Assembly (NCBI GenBank): GCA_963833225.1 | Contig: CAWHXD010000019.1 | Coordinates: 374,075 to 438,074, forward strand | DNA length: 64,000 bases | Origin: an uncultured Chloroflexia bacterium | GTDB taxonomy: Bacteria > Chloroflexota > Limnocylindria > Limnocylindrales > CSP1-4 | Reading direction: 5' to 3' | In this document: positions 43,411 to 52,998 of the stretch, in pieces | Position numbering within the stretch: the stretch's first letter is position 1 | How the letters are laid out: each line of letters starts with the position of its first letter | Notes under the pieces: generated by a model | The model's database searches: none | What the model was told of the DNA's origin: nothing | Seen by the model: only the letters and a program-made list of their open reading frames with translations | Position numbers and translations under genes: made by a program

Positions 43411-45216
43411 ATGACCACCGTCAACACGTCCGGCCGCTTCGTCGGGGACTGGCCCAGGATCGGTATCCGCCCCGCGGTCGACGGCCGCCAGCACGGCGTC
43501 CGTGAGTCGCTCGAGGAGCAGACCCGGAACATGGCGCTCCGGACGGCGGAGCTCATCCGCGCCAACCTGCGCTACCCGGACGGCACGCCCGTGGAGGTCG
43601 TGGTCCCCGACCACAACATCGGCGGCGTGTACGAGGCGGCCAAGGTTGCCGAGCTGTTCCGCAAGGAGGGCGTTGGCGTCTCGCTGACGATCACGCCCTG
43701 CTGGTGCTACGGCTCCGAGACGATGGACATGGATCCCCTGACCCCCAAGGCCGTATGGGGCTTCAACGGCACCGAGCGCCCGGGCGCTGTGTACCTCGCG
43801 GCGGTCCTCGCCGCCCACACCCAGAAGGGGCTGCCGGCGTTCGGCATCTACGGCCGAGACGTCCAGGACGCCGGCGACGGCACGATCCCTGACGACGTGC
43901 AGGCGAAGATCCTGCGCTTTGCGCGGGCCGGCATGGCCGCCGCGATCCTGCGCGGCAAGTCGTACCTGAGCCTCGGTGGCGTGTCCATGGGCATCGCCGG
44001 CTCGATCGTGGACCAGCCGTTCTTCGAGAAGTACCTGGGCATGCGTGTCGAGGCCGTCGACATGTCCGAGATCTACCGCCGGCTCGAGGAGGGGATCTAC
44101 GACCCGGTCGAGTTCGAGAAGGGTCTCGCCTGGGCCAGGGCCAACTGCCGCGAGGGTGTGGATCGCAACCCGGCCGACAAGGCCAAGACCCGCGAGGAGC
44201 TCGACCGCGACTGGGAGGTCGTGGTCAAGATGACCCTCATCGCGCGCGATCTCCTGGTGGGCAACCCGAGACTCGCCGAGCTCGGCTTCGGCGAGGAGGC
44301 GCTGGGCCGCAACGCGATCCTGGGCGGGTTCCAGGGTCAGCGGGCATGGACCGACCACAGCCCCAACGGCGACTTCATGGAGGCGATCCTCAACTCCAGC
44401 TTCGACTGGAACGGGATCCGCGCCCCGCACATGTTCGCGACCGAGAACGACTCGCTCAACGGCGCGACGATGCTGCTCTCCTACCTGCTGACCAACCGGG
44501 CCCAGATCTTCGCGGACGTCCGCACATACTGGAGCGCGGAGGCCGTGGAGCGGGTGACCGGGCACAGGCTCGAGGGTCTCGCCGCGGGCGGCTTCATCCA
44601 CCTCATCAACTCCGGCGCGGCGACGCTCGACGCCACCGGCGCGATGACGGACGCCGACGGCAAGCCGGCCATGAAGCCGTTCTGGGACATCACCGACGGC
44701 GACGTGAAGGCCGCGCTCGCGGCCACGACCTGGTACCCGGCCAACCGCGGCTACTTCCGCGGCGGCGGCTTCTCCAGCCAGTTCGTGTCCAAGGGCGGGA
44801 TGCCCGTCACCATGGCCCGCCTCAACCTCGTGAGCGGGACCGGACCCGTGCTCCAGATCGCCGAGGGCTGGACCGTGGACCTGCCCACGGATGTCCACGA
44901 CATCCTGGACCAGCGGACGGATCCCACCTGGCCCACCCACTGGTTCGTGCCGCGGACCACGGGCGAGGGCGTCTTCCGCGATGTCTACACCGTGATGGCC
45001 AACTGGGCCGCGAACCACGGTGCGATCAGCTACGGCCACATCGGTGCCGACCTGATCAGCCTGGCCTCGGTGCTCCGGATCCCGGTCCACATGCACAACG
45101 TGGCCGAGGAGGATCTCTTCCGACCCAGCGCGTGGGCCAACCTGGGCACGGCCGATCCGGAGGGCGCCGACTTCCGGGCCTGCGCCAGCTTCGGCCCGCT
45201 CTACGGTCGCAAGTAG
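43411..45216 (+). CDS. fucI: L-fucose isomerase
   Basis: 601 aa, colinear with FucI ([61 protein letters not shown]). Confidence 0.92.
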   Translation: MTTVNTSGRFVGDWPRIGIRPAVDGRQHGVRESLEEQTRNMALRTAELIRANLRYPDGTPVEVVVPDHNIGGVYEAAKVAELFRKEGVGVSLTITPCWCYGSETMDMDPLTPKAVWGFNGTERPGAVYLAAVLAAHTQKGLPAFGIYGRDVQDAGDGTIPDDVQAKILRFARAGMAAAILRGKSYLSLGGVSMGIAGSIVDQPFFEKYLGMRVEAVDMSEIYRRLEEGIYDPVEFEKGLAWARANCREGVDRNPADKAKTREELDRDWEVVVKMTLIARDLLVGNPRLAELGFGEEALGRNAILGGFQGQRAWTDHSPNGDFMEAILNSSFDWNGIRAPHMFATENDSLNGATMLLSYLLTNRAQIFADVRTYWSAEAVERVTGHRLEGLAAGGFIHLINSGAATLDATGAMTDADGKPAMKPFWDITDGDVKAALAATTWYPANRGYFRGGGFSSQFVSKGGMPVTMARLNLVSGTGPVLQIAEGWTVDLPTDVHDILDQRTDPTWPTHWFVPRTTGEGVFRDVYTVMANWAANHGAISYGHIGADLISLASVLRIPVHMHNVAEEDLFRPSAWANLGTADPEGADFRACASFGPLYGRK

Positions 45217-45306
45217 CCGCCCGCTCGCGTCAGCCTTGCCGGCCGTCCCGCTCTCGGGCGGGGCGGCCGATGCCTGTCCGGGACGGTGCCCGCCGGCCTC
45301 GGTGCC

Positions 45307-45630
45307 TCAGTCCTGGTGGAACAGCTCGTCCATCGACGCCCACCATTCGCCCTCGGCGCGGTCGGCGAGCGGCTCCTGGAGCGGCTTGTTGACCGCCCAC
45401 CACTCCTGGGTCGTGGGATCCTCGCCCATCCGGGCCATGTCTGCCTCGTAGTCCTCGCCGACGTACTCGAAGTAGCTGAACAGCCAGCCGCCGCGGTGGT
45501 AGATCGAGTAGTTGCGGATGTTGCACTCGGTGATCTTGGCGAGCACCGCCGGCCACACCGCGGCGTGGAGCTCGCCGTACCGGGCAAGGTTCTCGGGGGG
45601 CATGCGCAGCACGCTGGCGTACCTGGTCAT
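45307..45630 (-). CDS. L-rhamnose mutarotase family protein (second copy)
   Basis: MTRYASVLRMPPENLARYGELHAAVWPAVLAKITECNIRNYSIY...EWWASMDELFH (RhaM/YiiL family). GGAGG lies 8 nt upstream of ATG 45630. Confidence 0.85.
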   Translation of the reverse strand: MTRYASVLRMPPENLARYGELHAAVWPAVLAKITECNIRNYSIYHRGGWLFSYFEYVGEDYEADMARMGEDPTTQEWWAVNKPLQEPLADRAEGEWWASMDELFHQD

Positions 45631-45663
45631 CCTGGTGCCTCCACGATGCATGGGTGGGGGATT

Positions 45664-45696
45664 GGCGCCCGGCGGGGAGGAGGTCCGCCGGGCGCC
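45664..45696 (-). promoter_or_regulatory. perfect 12-bp-stem hairpin GGCGCCCGGCGG-9 nt-CCGCCGGGCGCC upstream of the second rhaM
   Basis: Read directly. On the mRNA strand the loop is ACCUCCUCC (anti-SD-like). The stem core CCCGGCGG/CCGCCGGG is shared with 29341-29369. Confidence 0.5.
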
Positions 45697-45711
45697 GTGA
45701 TCGACGGAGAG

Positions 45712-46902
45712 CTATTCCGCCGGCAGATGAAGCGGGTACGTCCCGTACTCGCGGACGAGCTTGACGATCTGGTCGTAGGTGTGACCCGACACGTCGCTCG
45801 CGACCGAGTGGTCGCTCATGAATACGTAGCCGCCGCCCTCGGCGGCGCGCAGCCGGTGGAGCACCTCGCGACGTACCTCGTCCGGATCGCCGCGCTCCCA
45901 GACGCGGATGTCGCTGTTGCCGCAGAACGTGAGCCGATGGCCCAGCCGCTCGCGGAGCGTGACGACGTCGAGGTCCGCCTTGGCCTCGAGCGGGTTGTAG
46001 CCGTCGAGCCCGATCTCGATCATGTCCTCGAAGATCGCGTTGGCGTTGCCGCACCCGTGGTACATGACCAGCAGGCCGTGCTGGTGGGCCAGCTCGATGA
46101 TCCGGGCGACCGTCGGCTTGTAGTACTTGCGCCAGTAGGTGGGGCCCATGAACAGGCTCTTGCCGTAGGCGACGTCGCCCCAGATGACGAGCCCGTCCAG
46201 GAGGCCGTCCGCCGCCTCGATCTGGGCCTTGGCGATCTCGTAGCTGAACTCGCCGATGCGAAGCAGCTGCTCGCCGAACCGCTCCGGGAACTCGCCGGTC
46301 CACATCAGGGTGTTGAGCTGGCCCAGGAGGCGCGTGCAGATCTCGGACGCCTCCGTGACGCTGCCGAACACCGGGAAGTCCGGGTACAGCCCCTTGACGG
46401 TCTCCACCCACGGCGGGCTGTTGCGCTCGAAGCCATCGCCCACGCCGGCGATCTGGTTGTCGCCGGCCTCGAAGTAGCGGCGCCGGTCGGTCGGGTCGTC
46501 GAACTCGAACGCCTCCAGCTTCTCGATCGTGTCCGTCTCCCAGCTCACCTGCTCGGGCATCGGCAGGTCGAAGCGCTTGCGGATCGTGGTCTCGAAGCCG
46601 GTCTTGACCACCACCTCCTCGTCGTCCTCGCGGATCGTCTCGAAGGCCCGGATGTGGGGATCCATGTTGGGGACGGTGGTGATGAAGTCGAGGTCGTAGT
46701 GGTAGTACGGATCGGCGTCGGCCGGCAGCCCCAGCTCCGTGCGCCACCGGTCACGGAACTGGCCCCAGAAGAAGTCCGTGATCGGGACGCGGTCCGCCTC
46801 CTGGTGCCCGAAGGTCTTCCGGATCCGGTCCAGCTTGGCCAGCGTCGAGGGCTTGCGGTCCGTGCCTCCGCCCCGTCCGTAGGTCTCGAACATGCCGGGC
46901 AT
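45712..46902 (-). CDS. uroporphyrinogen-decarboxylase (URO-D)/MtaA-family methyltransferase (methylcobamide-dependent type)
   Basis: 396 aa TIM-barrel-like sequence with an MtaA-style His/Cys metal motif (LVMYHGCGNA...LTFCGNSD). The ATG lies 4 nt after the corrinoid-protein stop. Confidence 0.7.
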   Translation of the reverse strand: MPGMFETYGRGGGTDRKPSTLAKLDRIRKTFGHQEADRVPITDFFWGQFRDRWRTELGLPADADPYYHYDLDFITTVPNMDPHIRAFETIREDDEEVVVKTGFETTIRKRFDLPMPEQVSWETDTIEKLEAFEFDDPTDRRRYFEAGDNQIAGVGDGFERNSPPWVETVKGLYPDFPVFGSVTEASEICTRLLGQLNTLMWTGEFPERFGEQLLRIGEFSYEIAKAQIEAADGLLDGLVIWGDVAYGKSLFMGPTYWRKYYKPTVARIIELAHQHGLLVMYHGCGNANAIFEDMIEIGLDGYNPLEAKADLDVVTLRERLGHRLTFCGNSDIRVWERGDPDEVRREVLHRLRAAEGGGYVFMSDHSVASDVSGHTYDQIVKLVREYGTYPLHLPAE

Positions 46903-46906
46903 CGGA

Positions 46907-47536
46907 TCAGCTCCCCGCCAACAGCTGCTTGGCCAGGTCCACCGCCGCACCCGCATCGGGAGCGAAGCCGTCGGCGCCGATCTGCTCGGCGAACTCGGGC
47001 GTGGTGGGCGCGCCACCGATCATCACCTTGGCACCGACGTCGGCGGCCTTGATGGCCTCCACCACGGCCCGCATGTTGGGCATCGTGGTGGTCAGCAGGG
47101 CGCTGAGGCCGATCAGGCGGGCGTCGTGCTCGCGGGCGGCCTCGACGAACTTGGCGGCGGACACGTTCACCCCGAGGTCGATGACCTCGATCGCCGCTCC
47201 CTTGAGCATCATGCCGACCAGGTTCTTGCCGATGTCGTGGAGGTCGCCCTCGACGGTCCCGATCACCGCCGTGTGCTCGGGCCGGATCCCGGCCTCCACC
47301 AGGCTCGGCTCGAGGATGGCCGTGGCTTCCTTCATCGCCCTCGCGGCGATGAGCATCTCGGGGACGAAGATCTCGCCCTCCTGGAACTTGCGGCCGATGA
47401 CCCCCATCGCCTCGGTCATCGCATCCAGGATCTCCTGGGCCGATACGCCCGCCGCCAGGGCCTCGGTTGTCAGCCGGGCCGCCGATGCCCGGTCGCCTGC
47501 CTCGATCGCCCTGCCCAGCTCGCCCAGGTCAGCCAT
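46907..47536 (-). CDS. corrinoid (cobalamin-binding) protein
   Basis: N-terminal helical B12-binding_2-like cap, then GTVEGDLHDIGKNLV (DxHxxG), SALLTTT (SxL) and MIGGAP. 209 aa. RBS GAGAGGAG. Confidence 0.88.
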   Translation of the reverse strand: MADLGELGRAIEAGDRASAARLTTEALAAGVSAQEILDAMTEAMGVIGRKFQEGEIFVPEMLIAARAMKEATAILEPSLVEAGIRPEHTAVIGTVEGDLHDIGKNLVGMMLKGAAIEVIDLGVNVSAAKFVEAAREHDARLIGLSALLTTTMPNMRAVVEAIKAADVGAKVMIGGAPTTPEFAEQIGADGFAPDAGAAVDLAKQLLAGS

Positions 47537-47598
47537 GTCTGTGACTCCTCTCGATACCAGGGTCGCGGTGGCCGCTCGTGGCCCCGCTCGCCCCGGGG

Positions 47599-48921
47599 TT
47601 ATGCCTTGGCCAGCCGCATGGCGACGTCGACCCACTCCCAGAGCCGTCGTGCGTCGTAGCGGATCGTGCTGACGTCCTTGAGGATCAGCTCCACCGGTGT
47701 CCCGGTGCGCCGGCACGCGTCGATCGTTGCCTGGAGCTCCTTCTCGACTGCCTCGGGCTCCCAGCTGTCCATCGCGAGGAGCGCCGGGTTGGGCTTGCGC
47801 GAGAACACGAAGTCGGGACCCATGCTCTCCGCGCCACGGTCCACGTTGACCCACGGGCACATCGAGATCTTCCGGACGTTGGGGATCTCCCGGATGATGT
47901 CGATCCGCCGGTCGAGCACGTCGCAGCAGCCGTAGTAGCCGAGCCCGAACCGCTCGTACCAGCGGACGGTGTACGGGATCTCGTACTCCTTGAACATCGC
48001 CGGCGAGGCGGAGGTGAAGACCTGCGCCATGCCCATCGTCCACAGGTCCTCGGCCCGCGGTCGCTCCGGGTCGAAGCCCTCGTGCGGCAGATCGTCGGTC
48101 CAGGCCGGCGTGCAGTGGACCGTGGACATCGAGTGCCCGAGCAGGCCCTGCGCCTCCATCTGGTCGAGCATGCCGAGATACGCGGTCACCAGGCGGTCGA
48201 TGATCCGGCGCGTATGGTCCGGGCGATCCGCCATGTCGATCAGGATGGCCTCCGCGCCTCGCCAGAACTCGATGGTGTCCCAGAAGTTCGCCCCGCCCGC
48301 CAGCAGCTCCGTCGGCCAGTCGTGCACCAGGGCCCGCGTCTCGGGCTGGGACTCGAGGCCGGGCCACTGGTTGGTGCTCGGCACCCAGCCCTGGAGACGG
48401 ACGGGCAGCACGCCGTCGAAGATGTCGTGCGCCTGGGCCTCGATCCGGGCGGTCTCCTCGGCATCGAGCCAGACCTTCGGGGTCCGGATCTTGTCGGCGT
48501 CCGACTCGTTCGCGAGCTGGTCGATGAAGTGGTGGGAGACGATGTCGTTGCGGGCGTCGACGGCCTCGGTCTCCTCGACCATCTCGATCCCGAAGCCATC
48601 CAGGCGGAGGACCTTCGGGATGAGCAGCACCGGCTCGACCACCATGTCCGCGCGTATGTGCTCCCAGCGATACAGGGTGCGGCGAAGATCGATCTCGAGC
48701 CCGCGATTGAATGGGTCCGTGCACTGGTTGACCAGCATCGGATCATCGGCCAGCTCGTGCCAGGGCAGCTGGTCCAGCGCCACCATCGGGCGCTGCGGAT
48801 GCAGGTCGTTGACCGCCTTCCAGAGCGAGATGGTCTCCTGCTGGACGGGCAGCGCCGCGATCTCGGCGACGCGGCTTCCGAGCTCCCGCAGGATCTCGCG
48901 GTCCCGGGCTACCCCGGCCAT
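47599..48921 (-). CDS. conserved hypothetical protein; positional candidate for the substrate-specific methyltransferase of the corrinoid system (possibly a distant URO-D-like barrel)
   Basis: 440 aa. ATG 48921 lies 6 nt after GGAGGAG. Codon usage looks coding, and Cys-containing blocks are present (YYGCCDVLD, ISMCPW). The family was not securely recognised by eye. Confidence 0.5.
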   Translation of the reverse strand: MAGVARDREILRELGSRVAEIAALPVQQETISLWKAVNDLHPQRPMVALDQLPWHELADDPMLVNQCTDPFNRGLEIDLRRTLYRWEHIRADMVVEPVLLIPKVLRLDGFGIEMVEETEAVDARNDIVSHHFIDQLANESDADKIRTPKVWLDAEETARIEAQAHDIFDGVLPVRLQGWVPSTNQWPGLESQPETRALVHDWPTELLAGGANFWDTIEFWRGAEAILIDMADRPDHTRRIIDRLVTAYLGMLDQMEAQGLLGHSMSTVHCTPAWTDDLPHEGFDPERPRAEDLWTMGMAQVFTSASPAMFKEYEIPYTVRWYERFGLGYYGCCDVLDRRIDIIREIPNVRKISMCPWVNVDRGAESMGPDFVFSRKPNPALLAMDSWEPEAVEKELQATIDACRRTGTPVELILKDVSTIRYDARRLWEWVDVAMRLAKA

Positions 48922-49218
48922 ATGCCACTCCTCCAGGACGCCTGTATCGTCAACCCTGGGCCGCCGCGGGCCCGTCCGCGACACCTCAAGGGTGCAAGAC
49001 TACCATAATCGGCCGTTGGTATATCGATTTTTCGCGCCATTCGTGGCACCATTCAGGCACCGCGACGTGCGTGACCCGGGCGATCTCCGCACGAATGGGG
49101 AGGACATGAGCCAGACGCTGACAAGGCACCCGGATACGGTGAATGGAGGACCGATGGTTCGTCATGGGCCAGAAGTCACGCGTGATAGCGATCCCAGCCA
49201 CTGCTCGCTGGCCGATCC

Positions 49219-50508
49219 ATGCCCGGCCACGAGGCCCGGGCTGTGACCCCGGCCACGGTCCGCCTCGCCTTTGGTCGAGATGGCCTCGAGATCGACGTGC
49301 CGGCCGGCGTGGACGTGCTCCTGCCACGGGCCCGGGTACCGCTCGCCGACCCTGGGGCGGCGCTCCGGGCGGCGCTGGCCGCGCCGGCGACGGCCCATCC
49401 GCTGCCGGAGCTGGCGCCGATCGGCAGCACCGTGGCGGTGAGCGTCTGTGACGTCACGCGTCCGTTTCCATCGCGGGTGGTCCTCCCGGTGCTCCTCGAT
49501 CAGCTCCCGGGCCGGCACGTGCGGCTGGTGATCGCCACCGGAAGTCATCGCGCGTGCACGGACCGGGAGCTCGAGGCGATGCTCGGACCCCGGGTTCTCG
49601 CCAGGTGCGAGGTGGTCCAGCATGATGCGGATGACCCTGCCGCCCATGTCACGCTGGGAACGGTGCCCGGCTCGGATGTGCCGGCCCGCGTCGATCGCCG
49701 GTTCATCGAGGCGGATGTCCGGGTCACGCTGGGATTCGTGGAGCCCCACTTCTTCGCGGGGTTCTCCGGCGGACCCAAGATGGTGGTTCCCGGCCTGGCC
49801 GGCATCGACACCATCCGCGAGCTGCATTCGGTGGCCCGGATCGCCAGCCCCCACGCGACGTGGGGCGTGCTCGACGGCAACCCGGTCCATGATCCGATCC
49901 GGGCGATTGCCGCCCGCGCCGGCGTGGACTTCGCGCTCGACGTCGCGCTCGACGAGGGGAACCGGATCTCCGCCGTCTTCTCGGGGTCGCTGGAGGCCGA
50001 GCACCGCGAGGCATGCGCCGACGTCCGCCAGACGGCAATGGTCGGCGTCGCGGAGCCGTACGACGTCGTCGTCACGACCAACAGCGGGTATCCGCTGGAC
50101 CAGAACCTCTACCAGTGCGTGAAGGGCCTCAAGGCCGCGGCGGGGATCGTGCGCGACGGTGGCACGATCATCCTGGCTGCGGCCTGCGAGGACGGGCTGC
50201 CAGCCCACGGCCGCTACGCGCACCTGCTGGCGAGCGCGCCCGGACCGGCCGAGTTCCTCGCGGCCCTCTCCCGAGGGGAGATCTCGGAGCGGGACCAGTG
50301 GCAGGTGCAGGTGCAGGCGGGGATCCAGGCGCGCGCTCGCGTCCTCGCCCACACGCCCGGCCTGGGCGCCGAGGATCTGCGGAGGGCGTGGCTTCAGGCG
50401 GCGGATGACGTGGCGGTCGCCCTGCGGGACGCCCTCGCGGTGGCCGGTCCGGGGGCGCGTGCGGCGATCCTGCCAGTCGGTCCCCAGACGATCGCGTATG
50501 TGACCTGA
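49219..50508 (+). CDS. larA: LarA-family nickel-pincer-dependent 2-hydroxyacid racemase/epimerase homolog (DUF2088)
   Basis: VIATGSHR, GFVEPHFFAGFSGGPKMVVPG (cofactor-Lys block), TTNSGYPLDQNLYQCVKG. The exact start is uncertain (ATG 49219 or a downstream GTG). Confidence 0.8.
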   Translation: MPGHEARAVTPATVRLAFGRDGLEIDVPAGVDVLLPRARVPLADPGAALRAALAAPATAHPLPELAPIGSTVAVSVCDVTRPFPSRVVLPVLLDQLPGRHVRLVIATGSHRACTDRELEAMLGPRVLARCEVVQHDADDPAAHVTLGTVPGSDVPARVDRRFIEADVRVTLGFVEPHFFAGFSGGPKMVVPGLAGIDTIRELHSVARIASPHATWGVLDGNPVHDPIRAIAARAGVDFALDVALDEGNRISAVFSGSLEAEHREACADVRQTAMVGVAEPYDVVVTTNSGYPLDQNLYQCVKGLKAAAGIVRDGGTIILAAACEDGLPAHGRYAHLLASAPGPAEFLAALSRGEISERDQWQVQVQAGIQARARVLAHTPGLGAEDLRRAWLQAADDVAVALRDALAVAGPGARAAILPVGPQTIAYVT

Positions 50509-50576
50509 GCCCGTTCGTTTGACATGCCAACGTCCGCTGTCTACCGTGGACAAACGTTGTTTCAGAGGAGCCGACC

Positions 50577-51446
50577 TTGACCGTCATCGACGCCCACCAG
50601 CACTTCTGGAACCCGAGCCGCGTCGCCTATGACTGGCTGGGACCGGATCTGGGCCCGATCAACCGGGCCATCGAGTTTGCGGACCTGGAGCCGCTGCTTG
50701 CGGCCACGGGCGTGGAACGCACGGTCCTCGTCCAGTCGGCGGACAACGCAGCCGACACCGACTTCATGTTCGAGATCGCGGCCGCGCACCCCGAGATCGC
50801 GGCCGTGGTCGGCTGGGTCCCACTCGATGATCCGGTTGCCACGGCGGAGCGCCTCCCGGTGTTGCTCGCGAACCCGGTGTTCGCCGGGATCCGCAACCTG
50901 ATCCATACGCAGCCCGATCCCGACTGGCTGCTGAGGCCCGACGTGGATGAGTCCCTGGGCCTCCTCGCTGCCCGGGACGTGCCGTTCGACGTCGTATCGG
51001 TCCTGCCCCGGCACCTGGAGCACGTCCCGACCCTGTCCGAGCGACACCCCGAGCTCCGGATGGTCATCGACCATCTCTCCAAGCCGCCCATCAAGGCCGC
51101 GAGCGACGAGCCCTGGCGGTCCCTCATCGCTCGCGCGGCCGAGAACCCGCTCGTGTTCGCCAAGGTCTCGGGTCTGTACCCGTCCGTCGGCGACATGGCC
51201 GCCTGGACAGCGGACGACGTGCGGCCCTATCTGCACACGGCCCTCGAGCTGTTCGGCGCCAAGCGCCTCATGTTCGGTGGCGACTGGCCGATCTCGGTGC
51301 TGGCCGGTGGGTACGTGCGGGTGTGGGAGAACCTGAGCAGCCTGTTCGACGAGCTGTCGGCCGAAGACCGGGAAGCCATCCTGGGTGGGACCGCGGCGCA
51401 GTTCTATGGAATCCCGGCGGGCCGGCTCCCGGGAGGCGGCGCGTGA
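50577..51446 (+). CDS. amidohydrolase-2 family sugar lactonase (L-fucono-/L-rhamnono-lactonase-like)
   Basis: IDAHQHFWNP...VLVQ...IDHLSKPP...FGGDWP is the signature of the COG3618 lactonase group. Confidence 0.75.
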   Translation: MTVIDAHQHFWNPSRVAYDWLGPDLGPINRAIEFADLEPLLAATGVERTVLVQSADNAADTDFMFEIAAAHPEIAAVVGWVPLDDPVATAERLPVLLANPVFAGIRNLIHTQPDPDWLLRPDVDESLGLLAARDVPFDVVSVLPRHLEHVPTLSERHPELRMVIDHLSKPPIKAASDEPWRSLIARAAENPLVFAKVSGLYPSVGDMAAWTADDVRPYLHTALELFGAKRLMFGGDWPISVLAGGYVRVWENLSSLFDELSAEDREAILGGTAAQFYGIPAGRLPGGGA

Positions 51447-52525
51447 TCACGCGGTTTGATCCCGTCGCCGAGGCCTGCCGGATCGAGGTCCCCGACGCCC
51501 ATCGACGGCCGATCGCCATCGTCGGCGCCGGCGCCATCGTGGACTTCGCGCACCTGCCGGCCTATCGCGCCGCCGGCCTCGAGGTTGCCGGGATCCACAA
51601 CCACCATCCCGCGCGGGCCGTCGACGTGGCCGGCCGTCACGGTGTGCCGCGGGTCTACGAGACGCTCGAGGACCTGCTTGGCGACGACCGGGTCGAGGTG
51701 GTGGACGTCGCCGTGTCCGCGGCCGCCCAGCCCGAGATCGTGCGCCGGGCGCTCGAATCGGGGCGCCACGTGCTAGCCCAGAAGCCGTTCGCACCGGATC
51801 CGGCCACCGGCCAGGCGCTGGTGGACCTCGCCGAGTCGCGCGGGCTGGTCCTGGTCGTGAACCAGCAGCTCCGCTTCGACGAGGGGATGGCCGCGGCCCA
51901 CCGGATGGTCGAGCTGGGCTGGATCGGCGACGTCACCGCGATGTCGATCACGGTCAACATCTGGACGGACTGGCATTCCTGGCCATGGATGCTCGAGACA
52001 CCCCGGCTGGAGGTGATGGTCCATTCGATCCACTATCACGACGTGATCCGCTGGTTCCTGGGCGAGCCGTCGCTCGTGTTCAGCGTCGGAGGCCGCACGC
52101 CGGGCCAGGCGCCCGTCGGGGAGACGCGGACCGTGACCACGTCCACCTATCCGTCCGGCGCGATCTCCGTGGTCCACGCCAACCACGAGAACGGCACCGG
52201 TGACAACCTCGCGACGTTCCGCATCGATGGCTCGCGGGGTGCGATCCGGGGCACCCTGGGCCTGCTCTACGACTACCCCAGCGGGCGGCCGGACACCCTG
52301 GAGATCAGCAGCGAGGTGCTGCCGACTGACGGCTGGGTCCCCTATCCGGTGGGCTCACGCTGGCTGCCCGACGCGTTCCTGGGGCCTATGGCGTCGCTGC
52401 TGCGGGCGGTCGCCACCGGGTCCACGCCCCGTTCCAGCGGCCGCGACAACGTGGGCACGCTGCGGCAGATCCAGCGGATCTACGAATCGATGGAGCGGGG
52501 AGCGGCGGTCCGGGTCGAGGGCTGA
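51443..52525 (+). CDS. Gfo/Idh/MocA family NAD(P)-dependent oxidoreductase (candidate sugar 1-dehydrogenase)
   Basis: IAIVGAGAIV...HVLAQKPFA Rossmann/EKP-like motif. GTG 51443 overlaps the lactonase stop (GTGA). Confidence 0.8.
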   Translation: MITRFDPVAEACRIEVPDAHRRPIAIVGAGAIVDFAHLPAYRAAGLEVAGIHNHHPARAVDVAGRHGVPRVYETLEDLLGDDRVEVVDVAVSAAAQPEIVRRALESGRHVLAQKPFAPDPATGQALVDLAESRGLVLVVNQQLRFDEGMAAAHRMVELGWIGDVTAMSITVNIWTDWHSWPWMLETPRLEVMVHSIHYHDVIRWFLGEPSLVFSVGGRTPGQAPVGETRTVTTSTYPSGAISVVHANHENGTGDNLATFRIDGSRGAIRGTLGLLYDYPSGRPDTLEISSEVLPTDGWVPYPVGSRWLPDAFLGPMASLLRAVATGSTPRSSGRDNVGTLRQIQRIYESMERGAAVRVEG

Positions 52526-52536
52526 GCCGGCGCCGA

Positions 52537-52998
52537 TCAGGCGGGTGCCGACCCGCGCTTCTCGACGACGTACAGGTGGACGAGGACGAGCACCACCTCG
52601 CCGGCCTGGTTGGTCACGGTCACCGTCTCCTCGACCATGCCCAGCGCCTCGGGTCGCCGGCGGTGGTCGGCCAGGCCCGTGATCTCGGCTCGCACCGTGA
52701 TCGTGTCACCGATGAACACGGGCCGCACGAACCGGACCCGATCGTAGCCGTAGCTCATCGCCCGGGGGTTGATGTCGCCCGCCGTCATGCCCACGGCCAT
52801 CGACATCACGAGCGTGCCATGTGCCATCCGGCGCTCGAAGGCCTGCGTGGCGCACCACTCGGCGTCCATGTGGTGGGGGAAGAAGTCGCCGGTCTGCCCG
52901 GCGTGCAGGACGATGTCGGCCTCGGTCACGGTCCGGCCCGTGGTCGTCCGGCTGGTGCCGGTGACGTAGTCCTCGAAGAACGCCTCAACCGTGTTCAT
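52537..52998 (-). CDS. MaoC-like (R-specific enoyl-CoA hydratase / hot-dog fold) dehydratase
   Basis: 153 aa: [23 protein letters not shown]...AHGTLV...[15 protein letters not shown] overlap with the upstream gene. Confidence 0.85.
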   Translation of the reverse strand: MNTVEAFFEDYVTGTSRTTTGRTVTEADIVLHAGQTGDFFPHHMDAEWCATQAFERRMAHGTLVMSMAVGMTAGDINPRAMSYGYDRVRFVRPVFIGDTITVRAEITGLADHRRRPEALGMVEETVTVTNQAGEVVLVLVHLYVVEKRGSAPA

